From assembly GCF_018350175.1 (NCBI RefSeq), contig NC_058368.1, forward strand, positions 95,172,001 through 95,236,000: a stretch of DNA of 64,000 bases. Direction: 5' to 3'. The notes below the pieces were generated by a model. The model was not told where the DNA came from. It did no database searches and was given only the letters and a program-made list of their open reading frames with translations. The DNA comes from Felis catus (taxonomy: Eukaryota). The translations under genes and the position numbers were made by a program. This document shows, piece by piece, positions 1 to 12,283 of this stretch (positions are counted from its first letter, which is position 1; every line of letters begins with the position of its first letter).

Positions 1-15
1 AGGAAGAAAAGGAAA

Positions 16-68
<53 letters not shown>

Positions 69-92
69 AAAGAAGGAAGGAAGGAAGAAAAA
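1..92. repeat. (GAAA)n/(GGAA)n polypurine microsatellite, cut by window start
   Basis: Directly visible tandem GAAA then GGAA units. Confidence 0.97.
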
Positions 93-148
93 GCAGCATG
101 CATGGAAGATCCCATCATTTGGGTAGATTTTTTTAAAAAAGAAACATT

Positions 149-374
149 GGGGCACCTGGGTGGCTCAGCCGGGTAAGCATCTGATTCTTGATCTCAGCTC
201 AGGTCATGATTTCACAGTTTGTGAGTTCGAGCCTAGCGTTGGGTTTTGTGCTGACAGCACAGAGCCTGCTTGGGATTCTCTCTCTCCCTCTCTCTCTGCC
301 CCTCCCCTCCTAGCTCTCTCTCTCTCTCTCTCTGTGTCTCGCTCTCAAAATAAATAAGTAAACTTAAAAAAAAA
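149..374 (+). mobile_element. Can-SINE (feliform SINEC)
   Basis: GGGGCACCTGGGTGGCTCAG tRNA-derived head, GAGTTCGAGCC B-box, (CT)n tract, AATAAA and A-tail. Confidence 0.96.
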
Positions 375-967
375 TACAGGTAAAAACATAACTTCTTTAG
401 GCTAAATACCTAAAAAAAAAAAACCTTTAAGAGTATTTATTTTAGGGAAAGGGGTCAGTTATTGAGGATAGGTGAGGAAGATTTCGTCATTATTTTATAC
501 CTTCATGGATCAAGTGAAAAAATAACTGCACTGTGAAACAGGCTGGGTCCGTATACTGTAGGAAGACCAGGCTGGCATCCTCAGCCTCGGGTTGGGACTT
601 GCAGTAGAAGGAGGTCACGCCACTTTTTTTTTCAGTCTGAAGAGTGTACAGACTTGAAGAGCCCCGTGAAATAGTTGGGGTAAAACCATGGATGCCTTTG
701 GGCCCTCTCCTCCTCCCTGCCCACCTAAAAGTTCAGGCGAGAAGAAAGGGTCTCCCAGTGTGGCTGTGGCCGGCTGCACACCTTTGCCAGCGGCATCTGA
801 GGGTAGAGGATGCCTAATGGCTGAGCCCTGGGACTGCAAATCCATAAGCACTTCTTGGCCTTAGGTTCAAGAGGGGCCCAGACAGTTCAAAAAACAGGAA
901 AAACCCCACATTCATATCCCCCCTCTTGATAATAGTTCAAATCACATGAAAGTGCTGTTGCATAGGC

Positions 968-995
968 AAACAACAACAACAACAACAACAACACA
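968..995. repeat. (AAC)n microsatellite
   Basis: Visible tandem AAC units. Confidence 0.9.
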
Positions 996-1169
996 ATTGG
1001 CCCCAAATCACCTGTTTTACATGGTTCAACTAATACATCTGGGCATCCCTATTAACTTTCTCCCTTGATCGGTTAGAAAAGCAAATCAAAACAACCAAAG
1101 CATGTATATTTCCAGCCTTCCAAATGTGTCCTGCCTTTTATATTACATTATTATTTAGTGTAATGATAT

Positions 1170-1400
1170 GAATAACAGCCAAAATTGTATAACATTTTCT
1201 GTGTGCCAGGTGTTTTAAGTGCTTTATGTACATACGGTCATTTAAACTTGATGATAAACCCATGAGATGGTTGTGTTTATCCTGTTTTGCTGGTGACGAG
1301 CCTGAGACACACAGAGTTTATGCTCCCTACCTGGGCTGGTGGAGCTCCAGGTACTTGAGCAGGCAGGTCCCTGAGCCCAGGCAGGTCTGGCTCCTTATCA
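1170..1400 (-). mobile_element. MIR SINE, degenerate
   Basis: TGTGCCAGG...AAGTGCTTTATGTACAT...CCCATGAG...GAGCCTGAGACACACAGAG resembles antisense MIR core. Confidence 0.7.
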
Positions 1401-1530
1401 CACTGCCTCTCCTTTGTTCTGGCCCCCGAGTTCCTGCTGTCATAAACCTGTCACCCAGCTCTGCCCAGCACAGAGTTCGTCTCTCCGGATTCCACAAGGG
1501 CACCCCTCATGCACTCCAGGATGGTTCCCC

Positions 1531-1744
1531 TTTTCTTTTTTTTAAATTTTATTTGTTTTGAGAGAGTGAGCACAAGAGAGGGAGCGGGGGAGGGGCAGAG
1601 AGAAGGAGAGAGAGAATCCCAAGCAGGCTCCACACTGTTAGTGCAGAGCCTGGCGCAGGGCTCAAACCCAAGAACCCTGAGATCCTGACCTGAGGCTGAA
1701 ATCAAGAGTCGGACGCTTCACCAACTGAGACACCCAGGTGCCCC
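1531..1744 (-). mobile_element. Can-SINE with target-site duplication (TSD)
   Basis: Poly-T, (GA)n, ends CACCCAGGTGCCCC; flanked by CCAGGATGGT(T)CCCCTT on both sides. Confidence 0.96.
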
Positions 1745-2149
1745 CCAGGATGGTCCCCTTAAAACATTCAGGGAAAGATAGGAAAAAGCAGCACTGGGGC
1801 CGGCACCCACCTCTGTGGAAGACTGGATCTGTGGAATGTCCTTTTAGCAACAGCCACCTCATTAAAAGCCACCTTTTAACTTACTAATCAGATCTTGGTA
1901 TCTGTAAGTGAGGGAGTTTGGACCCCACTATGCTTCCTTCCATGAGACTAGAAGAGCATCAGTGCTGCCATCTTGGCCTTGGCTCATTCCTTCCCCGGGG
2001 GAATAGAAGATGCTGTGAAATTACCTGTTTGGTGAGTTTCTCCTTCCTTCCTTCTTTCTCCTGGAGAAGCTGTCTTCTCTTCCACCAGAGGCATCTCTCC
2101 ATACTCACTGGTTCAGAATCTGGGCAGGGAGGAGAGTTTCCATATCACA

Positions 2150-2221
2150 ATTTTTTAAAATCTTCATTTTATTTATTTTTGTGAGAGAGAGAGAAAAAGA
2201 GAGAGAAAGCAGGGGAGGGGC

Positions 2222-2252
<31 letters not shown>

Positions 2253-2370
2253 CAGAATCCCAGGGAGGCTCCATGCTGTCATGGGGCTCCAACCCCAGGA
2301 ACCATGAGATCATGACCTGAGCCGAAGTCAAGAGTGGGACACTTAACCTACTGAGTCATCCAGGTACCCC
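2150..2370 (-). mobile_element. Can-SINE with TSD
   Basis: Antisense SINE body; flanks TCCATATCACAATTTTT / TCCATACCACAGTTTTT. Confidence 0.95.
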
Positions 2371-2575
2371 TCCATACCACAGTTTTTGTTGAAGTATTAT
2401 AGTATGGGATTTTCTCAGCAACACATCTCAGAACATCTATTAGAATTCAATTTCTCCTTTGTTCTCAGGCCGTGCTTTGGCTTTGCCAAAACTTTCAAAC
2501 GCTGATTGAATGCCTGCATTGCATATAGTCAGTATTTTAGTAGGCAGTAGCTGCCACCTTAATGTGAACATTTGT

Positions 2576-2766
2576 GGGGCATGTGGGTGGCTCAGTTGGT
2601 TGAATGTCCCGCTCTTGATTTTGGCTCAGGTCATGATCAGAGTTGTGGGATTGAGCCACATGTCAGCCTCCACCCTGGGTGTGGAGCCTGCTTAAGTCTC
2701 TCTCTCCCTCTGCCCCTTTTCCCCACTCATGCTGTCTCTAAAACAAAAAAACAAAATTTAAAAATA
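2576..2766 (+). mobile_element. Can-SINE with TSD
   Basis: tRNA-like head, CT tract, A-tail; TSD AATGTGAACATT at 2561-2572 and 2767-2778. Confidence 0.95.
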
Positions 2767-2840
2767 AATGTGAACATTGGAGATTTTCTACTTGAGACAT
2801 GAATAATTTGATACTAGAATATTACAGACCTCCAAGTTGA

Positions 2841-3064
2841 TTTTTTTTATTTTTTGCTTTACATTATTTTATTTAAATGTTTTATTGATTTTTTGAGAGA
2901 GAGAGCATAAGCAGGGGAGGGGCAGAGAAAGGGGGACAGAGGACCCAAAGCGAGTTCTGTACTGACAGCAGCGAGCCCGATGTGGGGCTCCAAGTCACGA
3001 CCCATGAGATCATGACCTGAGCCGAAGTCGGACGCTCAGCCATCTGACCTACCCAGGTGCCCCC
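2841..3064 (-). mobile_element. Can-SINE
   Basis: T-rich tail, GAGATCATGACCTGAGCCGAAGTCGGACGCTC, ends CCCAGGTGCCCC. Confidence 0.95.
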
Positions 3065-3269
3065 ATGCTGATTTTCAAGTACGTGATAGTATGATAGATT
3101 TTTTACTAATTTTTGTGACTTTTTTTTTTCTGTAGGCCATATACTTAATTTTGGAACAGAACAGACACCATATTCACTGTAGTGTGATTGAACTGTGGGC
3201 TCACTGATAATATGAAGGAGGCTGTTTCCCTCAAAAACACTTCCCAGTTTGTTTTTTACATGAAGTAGA

Positions 3270-3545
3270 ATGAACCTATCAAAAAGTATATTATAATGTG
3301 ACTATCACCCAGATGAAGAGGGAGAACATTACCAGCACTGTAGAAACTCCCTAGCAGGTGCTTATAATAGCAGCCACCACTAACTGAGCTATGACCTTGA
3401 CCTCTCACCTCCTACATTAGTTTTGCTGAGTTTTGAACTTCATATAAATGGCAATCATACAGGATGCAGTTTGTGGTGTCTCGCTTCTTTTTGTTAACAC
3501 CGCCTTAGTTTCTTGATTCTACACATAATGGTAGATGGTTTCCAT
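3270..3545 (-). mobile_element. Old L1 (L1M-type) 3' UTR fragment
   Basis: TTTTGAACTTCATATAAATGG...ATCATACAG motif typical of antisense L1M 3' ends. Confidence 0.65.
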
Positions 3546-4424
3546 GCCAATTCTTGAAGGCACGGAGGGAGGCAGGAAGGGAGGGTGGGGAAGAGCATGA
3601 GAGGGGACGTTTGTTGGGTACCATTTGACTGTAGCTACTCTGAAAGTGATCTAGTCCATGAAAAATTTTGGAAGAATATGAATAAGCTACATTAGCCAGT
3701 TCATGACTACCTTAGACCTTATTTACAGGAGAGGGTGAATTAGCTCTAAATGAAAGTCTTGTTGAGCTGACTTGTTTTGACTTGTGCCATAGGGCCGCGG
3801 ACACATGGTTCTGATGCCTGTGTTCCTTAAAAGGACTCCAGAGGATTGGCCTGGCTGGGTTTTACAGTACCGCCTCTGAGTCTCCTTTGACTTAAAGTTA
3901 TAGTCCTGGGCCCCAGGGTCTACTGTAAGGACATGTTTCCCTCTAGGTTTTCATCATAGTCACAGTTAATAAATGGATGACAAGGTAAGAGCGTCTTAGC
4001 CCCTTTCCATGTCACATGTCCTCTTTGTAACGCTACGATGTTTTAAAGACCGGGGAGACTATGTTTGTCTTGGCCATATGTGGACTACAGAGCAAGGCTT
4101 AATGATGGAGGCAGCCATGTTTATCTTTCAGTGCCTCTGAAATCCTTTAACTTCTGTTTCTGAGGACACACTCCGGGCATTGTCTTTCATGGTCTGGGAG
4201 CCTTCATGTTGCTCATTGGTCAGGGCGGACAGGGAAGTTAGGTGGTGTTCTCAGGCTTCTGAGTGAGAAAGCTAGAATTTGAGTCTAGCTGTCTGACTTC
4301 CAATAAGATGGCTCTTTATTGTACTTCACTGCATGGAGGAAACACAGTGATCACAATCCACCTCTTCAGTTTTTCAGGTGAGGAAAGGAGATTATAGAAC
4401 TCTTCCAAAGTCCAGTGCCCCCCT

Positions 4425-4534
4425 TTTTTATTAGATTTTATTTTTAAGTAATCTCTACACCTGATGTGGGCATCAGACTTAACAACCCTGAGATTAAGAG
4501 TCGTGTGCTCTCTGGACTGAGCCGGCCAAACACT
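4425..4534 (-). mobile_element. Short older Can-SINE lacking the CT tract
   Basis: TTTTAAGTAATCTCTACACC...CCCTGAGATTAAGAGTCGTGTGCTCT...GACTGAGCCGGCCA; TSD TCCAGTGCCC/TCCAATGCCC. Confidence 0.88.
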
Positions 4535-4822
4535 GCAGTCCAATGCCCTTTGACTTTAACACCCTGTCTCTTGTCTCCCTCACCTCTTTGCCAATCCCAA
4601 CCCAACTTTGCTATGAGCTCCTATCAACACATCAGAATGAGTGTGTGTTTTAGCTATTGACTGCACTATTCTGGACTAATAATGACTGAGTCTAAAGGTG
4701 GCACTTGTAAGCCAGAGAAGGAAGGGTGGTCACGCCCTGGTATTGTGTTGGGAAAGCTACTTTGGGACAAAAGAAATGCCACAATGTCCCTAAAATCACA
4801 CCATGTAAGTTCTCTTCTACTC

Positions 4823-4948
4823 TCTTTTTCTTTTCTTTTCTTTTCTTTTCTTTTCTTTTCTTTTCTTTTCTTTTCTTTTTTCTTTTTCTTTTTTTTTTTT
4901 TTTTTGAGGGAGGGAGGAAGGGAGGGGGGAGAGGGAGAGGGAGGAGGG

Positions 4949-4989
<41 letters not shown>

Positions 4990-5085
4990 GAACCTGATGC
5001 AGGACTCAATCCCATGACCCTGGGATCATGATCTGAGCCCAAATCAAGAGTCAGACACTCTGGGTGACTGAGCCACCCAGGTGCC
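4823..5085 (-). mobile_element. Can-SINE with (TTTTC)n-expanded tail
   Basis: Antisense body; TSD TCTCTTCTACTC on both sides. Confidence 0.95.
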
Positions 5086-5134
5086 TCTCTTCTACTCCAT
5101 TTCTGCACAGATTTTTGTCTTCACACTATTCTTT

Positions 5135-7320
5135 CAAAAATTATTCATTGAGCACCTACTATGTGCCAAGCAGTACTCTAGGGGCTCACGACACGTCTGT
5201 GAACAAAACAGACAAAAGGCTCTGCTCTTCTGAGGCTTATGTTCTAGCAGGGAGTGATACAGAACAAACAGTAGACATGATAAATAATAAATGGGGAAAT
5301 TAAATAGTCTGTTAGACAATGATAAATGATACCAAAGAAACAGAGCAGGGTAAGAGAGATTGGGAATGCCCAGGGGCAGGTCACTGAAGGTTGAAATGAG
5401 TGTTCAGGGTAGACTCACAAAAAAGATGGCATTTGAATAAAGATTTGTAGGCAATAAGGGAATAAGCCATTCACATATTCCAAAGAAGAGCAGTCCACAA
5501 AGAGGGACGAGCCAAGGCAAAGACCTAATGTGGGATCATGCCTGGAACATTCAAAGTAAAGAACAAGACCAGTGGAGGAGGCGGGGAACAATAAAAGGTG
5601 AAGTCAGAGAAGTAACCAGGTGTCGGGCCATGTAGTGGCTTGTTGGTCATTGTTTAGACTCTAGCTTTCCCTCTGATTGAAATGGGGAGGTGTTGCAGGG
5701 CTTTAACCAGAGGAGAGACAGGATATGACTGATATTTTAACTAACCATGTTGGTTGCACTGTTGCTAACAGACAGTAGGGAGGCAGGAGCTGTGGGGGGG
5801 GGGGGGGAGGAGACCAGTTAGGAGGCAATTCCAATAGCCAAGGGATGGTAGTAGCTTGAAACAGTGGAGAGAAGTGGTCACAGTCTGGATACAGGACTTC
5901 CCGATATAATGGATATAAAATGTAAGAGAATGCAAGAATGACTGCAGTGTTTTTGGTGTAAGCATTTTCAAGATTGGAGTTTACCATCAACTGAGGTGGG
6001 AGAGACTACACGAGCACTACTGGGCACGTTAAGTACAAGCTACCTCCTAGACATCTAAAGCAGAGATGTTGAGCCTGGAGTTTGGACTAGAGTTGTGGGC
6101 GGAGATAAATTCTGGGAGCTCTTTCCCACGTAGAGATGGTAATTTAAAGCTTTGCTACTAGAAACTGGACAAGGTAACAAGGGGAGATGGAGAAGAATTC
6201 AAGGTCTAAGCTTCGAGCTCCAAACATTAAATGCAAAGAAGAAGAGGAGAAGGAACCAAGAAAGGAGATACAGAAGGAGAGTGGGGGAGGTAGCTGGGGG
6301 GAGGGGGAAATACAGTGTTTTGGAAACCAAGTCAATTACGGATATGCATCGGATGCTGCCGATGGGTCAAGCAATATGGGGACTGGGGATTGGAAATTGG
6401 ATTTGGTCCTGAGATGGTCCAAGGGTGACCTTGACAAGAACATTTTGTGGTAGGGGTGAAAATCTGATTGGGGTGAGTTTAAGAGACACTTTGAGAAGAT
6501 GTAGATAAAACAATAAGTATAAACAACTTTCAATTACTTTTTTTTTTTTTTATGAAGGACAGAAAACAAATGGGCCGTTGGTGAATTATGGTGAAGAGAG
6601 ATATCTTTTTTTTTTTTTCAACGTTTATTTATTTTTAGGACAGAGAGAGACAGAGCATGAACGGGGGAGGGGCAGAGAGAGAGGGAGACACAGAATCGGA
6701 AACAGGCTCCAGGCTCTGAGCCATCAGCCCAGAGCCTGACTCGGGGCTCGAACTCACGGACCGCGAGATCGTGAACTGGCTGAAGTCGGACGCTTAACTG
6801 ACTGCACCACCCAGGCGCCCCGAGAGATATCTTTTTAAGAAGGGAGAAATACCAGCATATTGACACAACGACTGACATTGTTGGTGCAGGGGGACGGGGG
6901 TGGGACTTCTGGGAGCATCATGGTAGGTGGGACTAGAGTCCAGCATTAGAGCAGCGGGACTGGCTTTGGAATGGGGCATAGATGGTCCATGTATGGCAGC
7001 GGTGGGAAGACAGAGGGCCTCTGCATGGAGGCCCGGCTGGACGATGAGAGGGGAAGGGTCTCTGCAGCTCTCCCTTTGCATCGTTTTGTTGTTCACAGAA
7101 GGAAGGAGGTCATTGACCGAAAACAAAGATGTTGGAGAAGATGTTGAAGGTTGAGACGAGAGGAGAAGGTATGAAATCAACACCTGTGAGGGAAGGGAGG
7201 GACATGAATGGGTTAGGGAAGCACGGCACAAGTGCCTCCTTGATGTTCACGGTCCTGGGTTTGAAATGACACCTGTCAGCGTGGTTGTGTGTTTTTCCCT
7301 AGGGATCTTTAGCTGTGTAC
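5135..7320 (-). mobile_element. L2 LINE, long degenerate fragment interrupted by a young SINE
   Basis: Begins with antisense L2 3' end ATTGAGCACCTACTATGTGCCA...GTGAACAAAACAGACAAA, then purine-rich L2-like body. Right boundary approximate. Confidence 0.8.
6607..6821 (-). mobile_element. Young SINEC_Fc-type SINE
   Basis: CpG-rich body (CAGAATCGGAAACAGGCTCCAGGCTCTGAGCCATCAGCCCAG); perfect TSD GAGAGATATCTTTTT at 6596 and 6822. Confidence 0.98.
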
Positions 7321-7542
7321 ATGAAAGGTGGAGAACTGGATCTTTCGTCCTCCGGAGAAAATTTTAAATGCAGCGATGTAAATGTTTCCAGAATGAACGA
7401 TTCACTTCAAACAGTTATGCCTGCCTGTTTGCCTTGCATCGTCTTCCCCTACCCCCACTCCTTTCCCTCCCTCCTGCTCTCCCTTCCTTCATCCCTCCCT
7501 TCTTTCCAAAAGCACTTGTGAGTGTCTCCTAGGTAGCTAATA

Positions 7543-7899
7543 CAGTTGGCCCTTGAACTCACAGTGTGAGTCCACTTACATGCGGGTGTTTTTCAATAAA
7601 TATATTGGGAAATTTGGGGGAGATTTTGCCACAATTTGAAAAAACTCCCAGGTGAAGCACATAGCCTAGAAATACTCTAAAAAGTAACACAAAATTGGGA
7701 ATTATTGGTAAGATCTCAGTATATAATATGTATCACATGCAAGATACGTATTGATCCACGCTTTATGTTATCTATAAGGCTTTTGGTCAGTTGAAAGCTA
7801 TTAGTAAAGTTTTGGGGGAGTCAGGATTTCTATGTGAATTTTCACCTGCATCGCGCCAGGGCTTGGCATCCCAACGCTGTGCTGTTCAAGGGTCAGCTG
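7543..7899. mobile_element. Tigger-family (Tc1/mariner) non-autonomous DNA transposon, Tigger2a/MER8-like
   Basis: Terminal inverted repeats CAGTTGGCCCTTGAAC ... GTTCAAGGGTCAGCTG, flanked by TA at 7541-7542 and 7900-7901. Confidence 0.88.
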
Positions 7900-8176
7900 T
7901 AGTCCCATCTGAAACCGGTTAAAAAAAAAAAACCCACATTTCTTCAGTAAACCTTATTGAGCATTTCCTAAGTGCCAGGAGCTCTGTAAGGTACCGTGAA
8001 GATCCAAAAAAAGGAAAGAAAACCCTAGGAGCTCATTGAATGGTGAAGATGGCCCATGTTCCATGGTAATTGCAGTGTAAGATGGAAATCTGTAAGCCTC
8101 AGTTCGAAAATAGGGCGTTGTGAGAATTTACAGAAGGAGAGCTTATTTCTAGCTGGAAAGAAGAGATCCCTGATGA

Positions 8177-8752
8177 TGTGACAGATTGTATCTTCCAAGG
8201 GTGGCCACACAATCTCTCCCATCCCACCTGGTCTTTTATCAGGAGACTTTGTTACTCTTCCCATTCAGAGTGGAAGTTGGTGTGTTCTTCTCTTAAATGG
8301 GCTTGTCACTCATTTGGGCCCAGCAGAAATGTGCCGTGTAACTTCAGAGGCTAGCCCAGAAAATGAGATTGAGTTCCCACCCTGTTGGCTGGGATATCAT
8401 GGAAAAAGTCCTGAGCCAACACGTGAGAAGTCCAGTTGCCCTGAGGCTGCGAGAAAGCCCAGGCCACATGGAAAGCCTACTCGTGTATGCTTTGGTTGAC
8501 ATTCCCAGCTGAGGTCCTGGCTGACAGCCAGCATTCTCGGTGGACGTGTGAGGGAAGGCACCTTCACACGATTCTCGCCCCCATGACCATGGCTTCCCAG
8601 CTTGGGCATCATCAGACATCCCGGAGCAGAGTCAAGCCGTCCTCGCTACACTCCAAATTCCCGACCCACGGAATTTGGGAACATTAGAAAATGGTTGTTT
8701 TACACCACTGAGTCTAAGAGGGGCTTGCCAGGTTGCAGTAATTATCAGAACA
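8177..8752 (+). mobile_element. MaLR solo LTR (MLT1 family)
   Basis: TG...CA termini; 3' end AAATGGTTGTTTTACACCACTGAGT...ATCAGAACA resembles MLT1. Confidence 0.75.
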
Positions 8753-9036
8753 GAAGATTTCTTGAAAGGGGGAATATGTCAATGTTTAGGTGTGAGGACT
8801 GTGTGATACTAAATGAGGGTGGTGATTTTATTGTGCAGGGAACCTGTTGAATTTCCCTTTCACGTTTGATGTTCTGGCTGTTGAACAGTCTTGTGGAAGT
8901 ATCTCTAGATATTTATTTATCTGATTCCAGGACATTTCGAAGGTTTTGGAAAGCGGTTCTTCCTTGCTACTTCATTCTGTGATGACCCCGTACCATCAAA
9001 TACACTTTAGCAGAACCGAGTCTTGAAGAGAGTTAA

Positions 9037-9256
9037 CTTCCTTCCTTCCTTCCTTCCTTCCTTCCTTCCTTCCTTCCTTCCTTCCTTCCTTCCTTTTTTA
9101 ATATTGTATTTTTGAGAGAGAGACAGAGAGCAAGTGGAGCAAGGGGCAGAGAGAGGGAGACCCAGAATCCAAAGCAGTCTCCAGGCCCCGAGCTGTCCGA
9201 TGCAGGGCTCGAACTCAGGACCCGTGAGATCATGACCTGAGCCGAAGTCGGACGCT
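9037..9256 (-). mobile_element. Can-SINE missing its 5' end, with (TTCC)n at the tail
   Basis: Antisense body stops at ...GAAGTCGGACGCT and joins directly to an opposite-strand SINE. Confidence 0.93.
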
Positions 9257-9485
9257 GCCTGGGTGGCTCAGTCGGTTGAGCGTCCGACTTCGGCTCAGGT
9301 CATGATCTCGCAGTCTGTGAGTTCGAGCCCTGTGTCGGGCTCTGTGTTGGCAGCTCAGAGCGTGGAGCCTACTTCAGATTCTGTGTCTCCCTCTCTCTCT
9401 GCCCCTCCCCTGCTCATGCTCTGTGTGTGTCTCTCTCTCTCTGCCAAAAATAAATATTTTTTAAAAAAGTTAAAAAAAACAAAAA
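9257..9485 (+). mobile_element. Can-SINE fused head-to-head with the previous element
   Basis: Starts GCCTGGGTGGCTCAGTCGGTTGAGCGTCCG, CT tract, AATAAA, A-tail. Confidence 0.96.
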
Positions 9486-10559
9486 GTTGACAACTTCCTT
9501 AGCAGAGTTACTAGTACATTTCTTATAAAACTAATAGCACTAAACAGTACTCTTTACGTGGCCACACAAAAAATTTTTTAGAACACACACACAGACGTAT
9601 AGTGTAATTTAGTTTGAAACTAATTTTTGTCATAACCGTAATATTTTTATTTTGATCTTTTAAACTTTTATGGACTTGGCAAAGGAAGAAAAAAGGAGAC
9701 TTTTTCAAGAATGGTGGTTGTAGACGTATTAGTGGGTCTTTTACCTGACTTGCCTGCCTTTTGTTCCGCAGTAGATTCCTAGGTGACCAAATGGTTTGAT
9801 TTTCTTGATCGTCACTCTTCTGTCCTTCCTCTGGCTGCAACGATCTGTTAGTGTTGCAGCTTTCACCATTAGGGTGTTTTCTTTGCAAGTTGCTGGGACT
9901 AACCCTGGCCAACTCAAACAACAGGTTGTTCGTGTCTAAACATTGATGGGGTTCTAATAGTCCCTCTTTCAAGAAATCTTCTGTCCTGATAACTATGGTG
10001 ACCTGGCAAGCCCCTCTTAGACTCAGTGGTGTAAAACAACCCCTAAGAGGGCATGGATGGGATTTCCTACAAGGGTGTGGGAGAATTTCCAGAATCAAAA
10101 GGAAGGCTGAGAAACCAGACAGGGCAGGCAGAGGAGTAAGGAACTGTCTGAAGACTGGAGGCAGGGAGGCCTCTTCTGAGCCTCCACTGCAGGCTGATGG
10201 GCACCAACCCTTCTTAGGTACCATAACCTTCTGCTCAATCTCCGATTTCTGTGCAGCGTGCCCGTGCCCAGGGAGGGTGGATTCCTTGATGAAGCTCCCT
10301 TCTTGTCTGGATCCAGAGGGAGGAGTTTCCCAAGGTAAATCTCTACCTTTTAGCATCAAAAGAGAAATGCAAGTGAAACGGCACAGAGACGGGTGCCCGC
10401 TCCATCACTGGTTTCTGGAGGCATCTAAATGGCCAGGAGTAGATTGGACCTCCTAGGCCTTGAGTACATTCATTCTATCCAAGTGCTTCTGTTAACTAGC
10501 AATATACTTTATTTCAAAAATCATCTCCCAGTGCCTACATTTTGAAAAGAGTTAATACC

Positions 10560-10760
10560 TTTTAAAACAGTTTCATATTCATTAGCTCCTTCTTTACTTA
10601 AAAACTTGATGAGGTGGAAAGAACTAGAATTAACATTCCCTCCTGCGAGATGAAAACCAGAGGCAGTGGATATTTAAGGCACTTGTCCCAGGTCACCCTG
10701 AGGCCTCAAAAGCATAATCAAGGCTCCGGCTGAGTTTGACTTTCATCCCTCAGTTCTTCC
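10560..10760 (-). mobile_element. MIR fragment
   Basis: GAGATGAAAACCAGAGGC...CACTTGTCCCAGGTCAC resembles MIR core. Confidence 0.55.
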
Positions 10761-11880
10761 TCTGTTTTTTCACGAAGCTGTTTCCCGAGGTACAGTTACT
10801 ACACCTCCTCCCCCCCCATTCACAAAACTCTCAGTGTTCATCAGGAAGCTGCACCACGGAAAGAGAAGTGCTCTAGAAGGGTAAGATGCAAATCTTGACT
10901 TCACCACCTACAGTAATCTCTCTTCCCTGAGCCCTGGTGACTCTCCCCTCCAGGGGCTAATAAAAGAATAAAATGGAGAGATCCATATTATGGGGGGGGG
11001 TTATAAAGCAAAGTGTCATGTAATTGGGGAGTGTTATTATTCTACTGATTCATGCTCTAAATTCTCTTTCTAAGGGTAGACATCGAGCGACATTATCACT
11101 GACTATTATACCGTGTGCTAGTTCAGCATGTGAGTATTATCAGTGCAAAGGGGGTTCCCCATGCGATATCAGTGTGGATGGAATCAGTGCCTCCAGTCCC
11201 TCAGGCCTGAATCACATCGTCTGCAGTTTGTTTTTCCTTCTACCTGTTAAGCATGTAGTAGTAAAGATGTTCGATTTCCAAAGAATAATTAAGCCAAGGA
11301 CGCGGTGTCCCATCTTTGATGAAATGCAGATTTCACATTAAATTTGGATCCTTCGTTTTTAAAGGTTGAATAGAATAGCGTCTAAAAAAAGAATTCCCCC
11401 TGGTTAAATTTAGGCTGCTGGAAAAAAAAAAAAAGAGAAATTTAATGTAAGATTATTCTTGGTACAGAAACATTTTCGCTTGGCTGTGAAATGGATACAT
11501 TTAAAAATGGCTGCAGGCTCTTGCCTTTGGAATTGTGTGGGGGATGATCCAACAAATGTGAATAGGCCTGTTCGAGTCGGTCACACTGCTTCCCTGCCCC
11601 TAATGAAGGGTTTCTCGTGTTAGTGCCAAGTAATGGTGTCTGCTTGCAGGTGTGCTCCCCCTGCGTTAGTGGGTCCAGCAGAGCTGGTGGTAATCTTACA
11701 CCCAGTGGCCTCTCCATGCGGGCTGGGCTCACCCCAGTTCCTGGACAGATAGGACGCTGGTTTTGCCAATTTCAAATTATGAGCCTTATCTAGGCACGCC
11801 TAGGCACGGAAGTACTATGTGGCACCTCCCGCCGCTTCAAGAGACATACCAACCTTTACTCTGTTGCAGAGAGTAAATTT

Positions 11881-11911
<31 letters not shown>

Positions 11912-11958
11912 GTATATATACACACACACGCACACACATACATATGTATATATATAAT
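11881..11958. repeat. (TA)n/(CA)n compound microsatellite
   Basis: Directly visible. Confidence 0.95.
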
Positions 11959-12034
11959 TATGCATATCATTATAGCAACAGATGACACTGAACTGTTGCT
12001 CTGTAGCAGGTGCTAGGTTGATAACTTTACACAT

Positions 12035-12283
12035 TTTTATTTTTGCAATTAGTTAACTTACTTATTTATGGTTTATTTTATTTTATTTTGAGAGAGAGAG
12101 AGAGAGAGAGAGAGCGCACACAGAAGCGGGGGAGAGCGACAGAGGGGAAGAAAGAGAATCTCGAGCGGGCTCCACGCTGAGTACAGAGCCCAACGTGGGG
12201 ACCCATCCCATGACCCTGGGATCGTGACCTGAGCCGAAATCAAGGGTCAGACTCTCAAGCGGCTGAGCCGCCCAGGTGTCCCC
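12035..12283 (-). mobile_element. Can-SINE
   Basis: T-rich tail, (GA)n, ends GCCGCCCAGGTGTCCCC. Confidence 0.94.

Noticed and set aside
149..240. tRNA-like A/B boxes here and in other SINE heads
   Set aside because: They are the tRNA-derived heads of Can-SINEs, followed by CT tract and A-tail; not tRNA genes.
4682..5108. K/E/R-rich and F/S/L-rich ORFs here and at 18080-18613
   Set aside because: Translations of (TTTTC)n, (GA)n and (GAAA)n microsatellites.
9523..10359. Longest ORF (278 aa, minus strand)
   Set aside because: No recognisable domain, non-ATG start, composition typical of translated non-coding DNA, no exon context.
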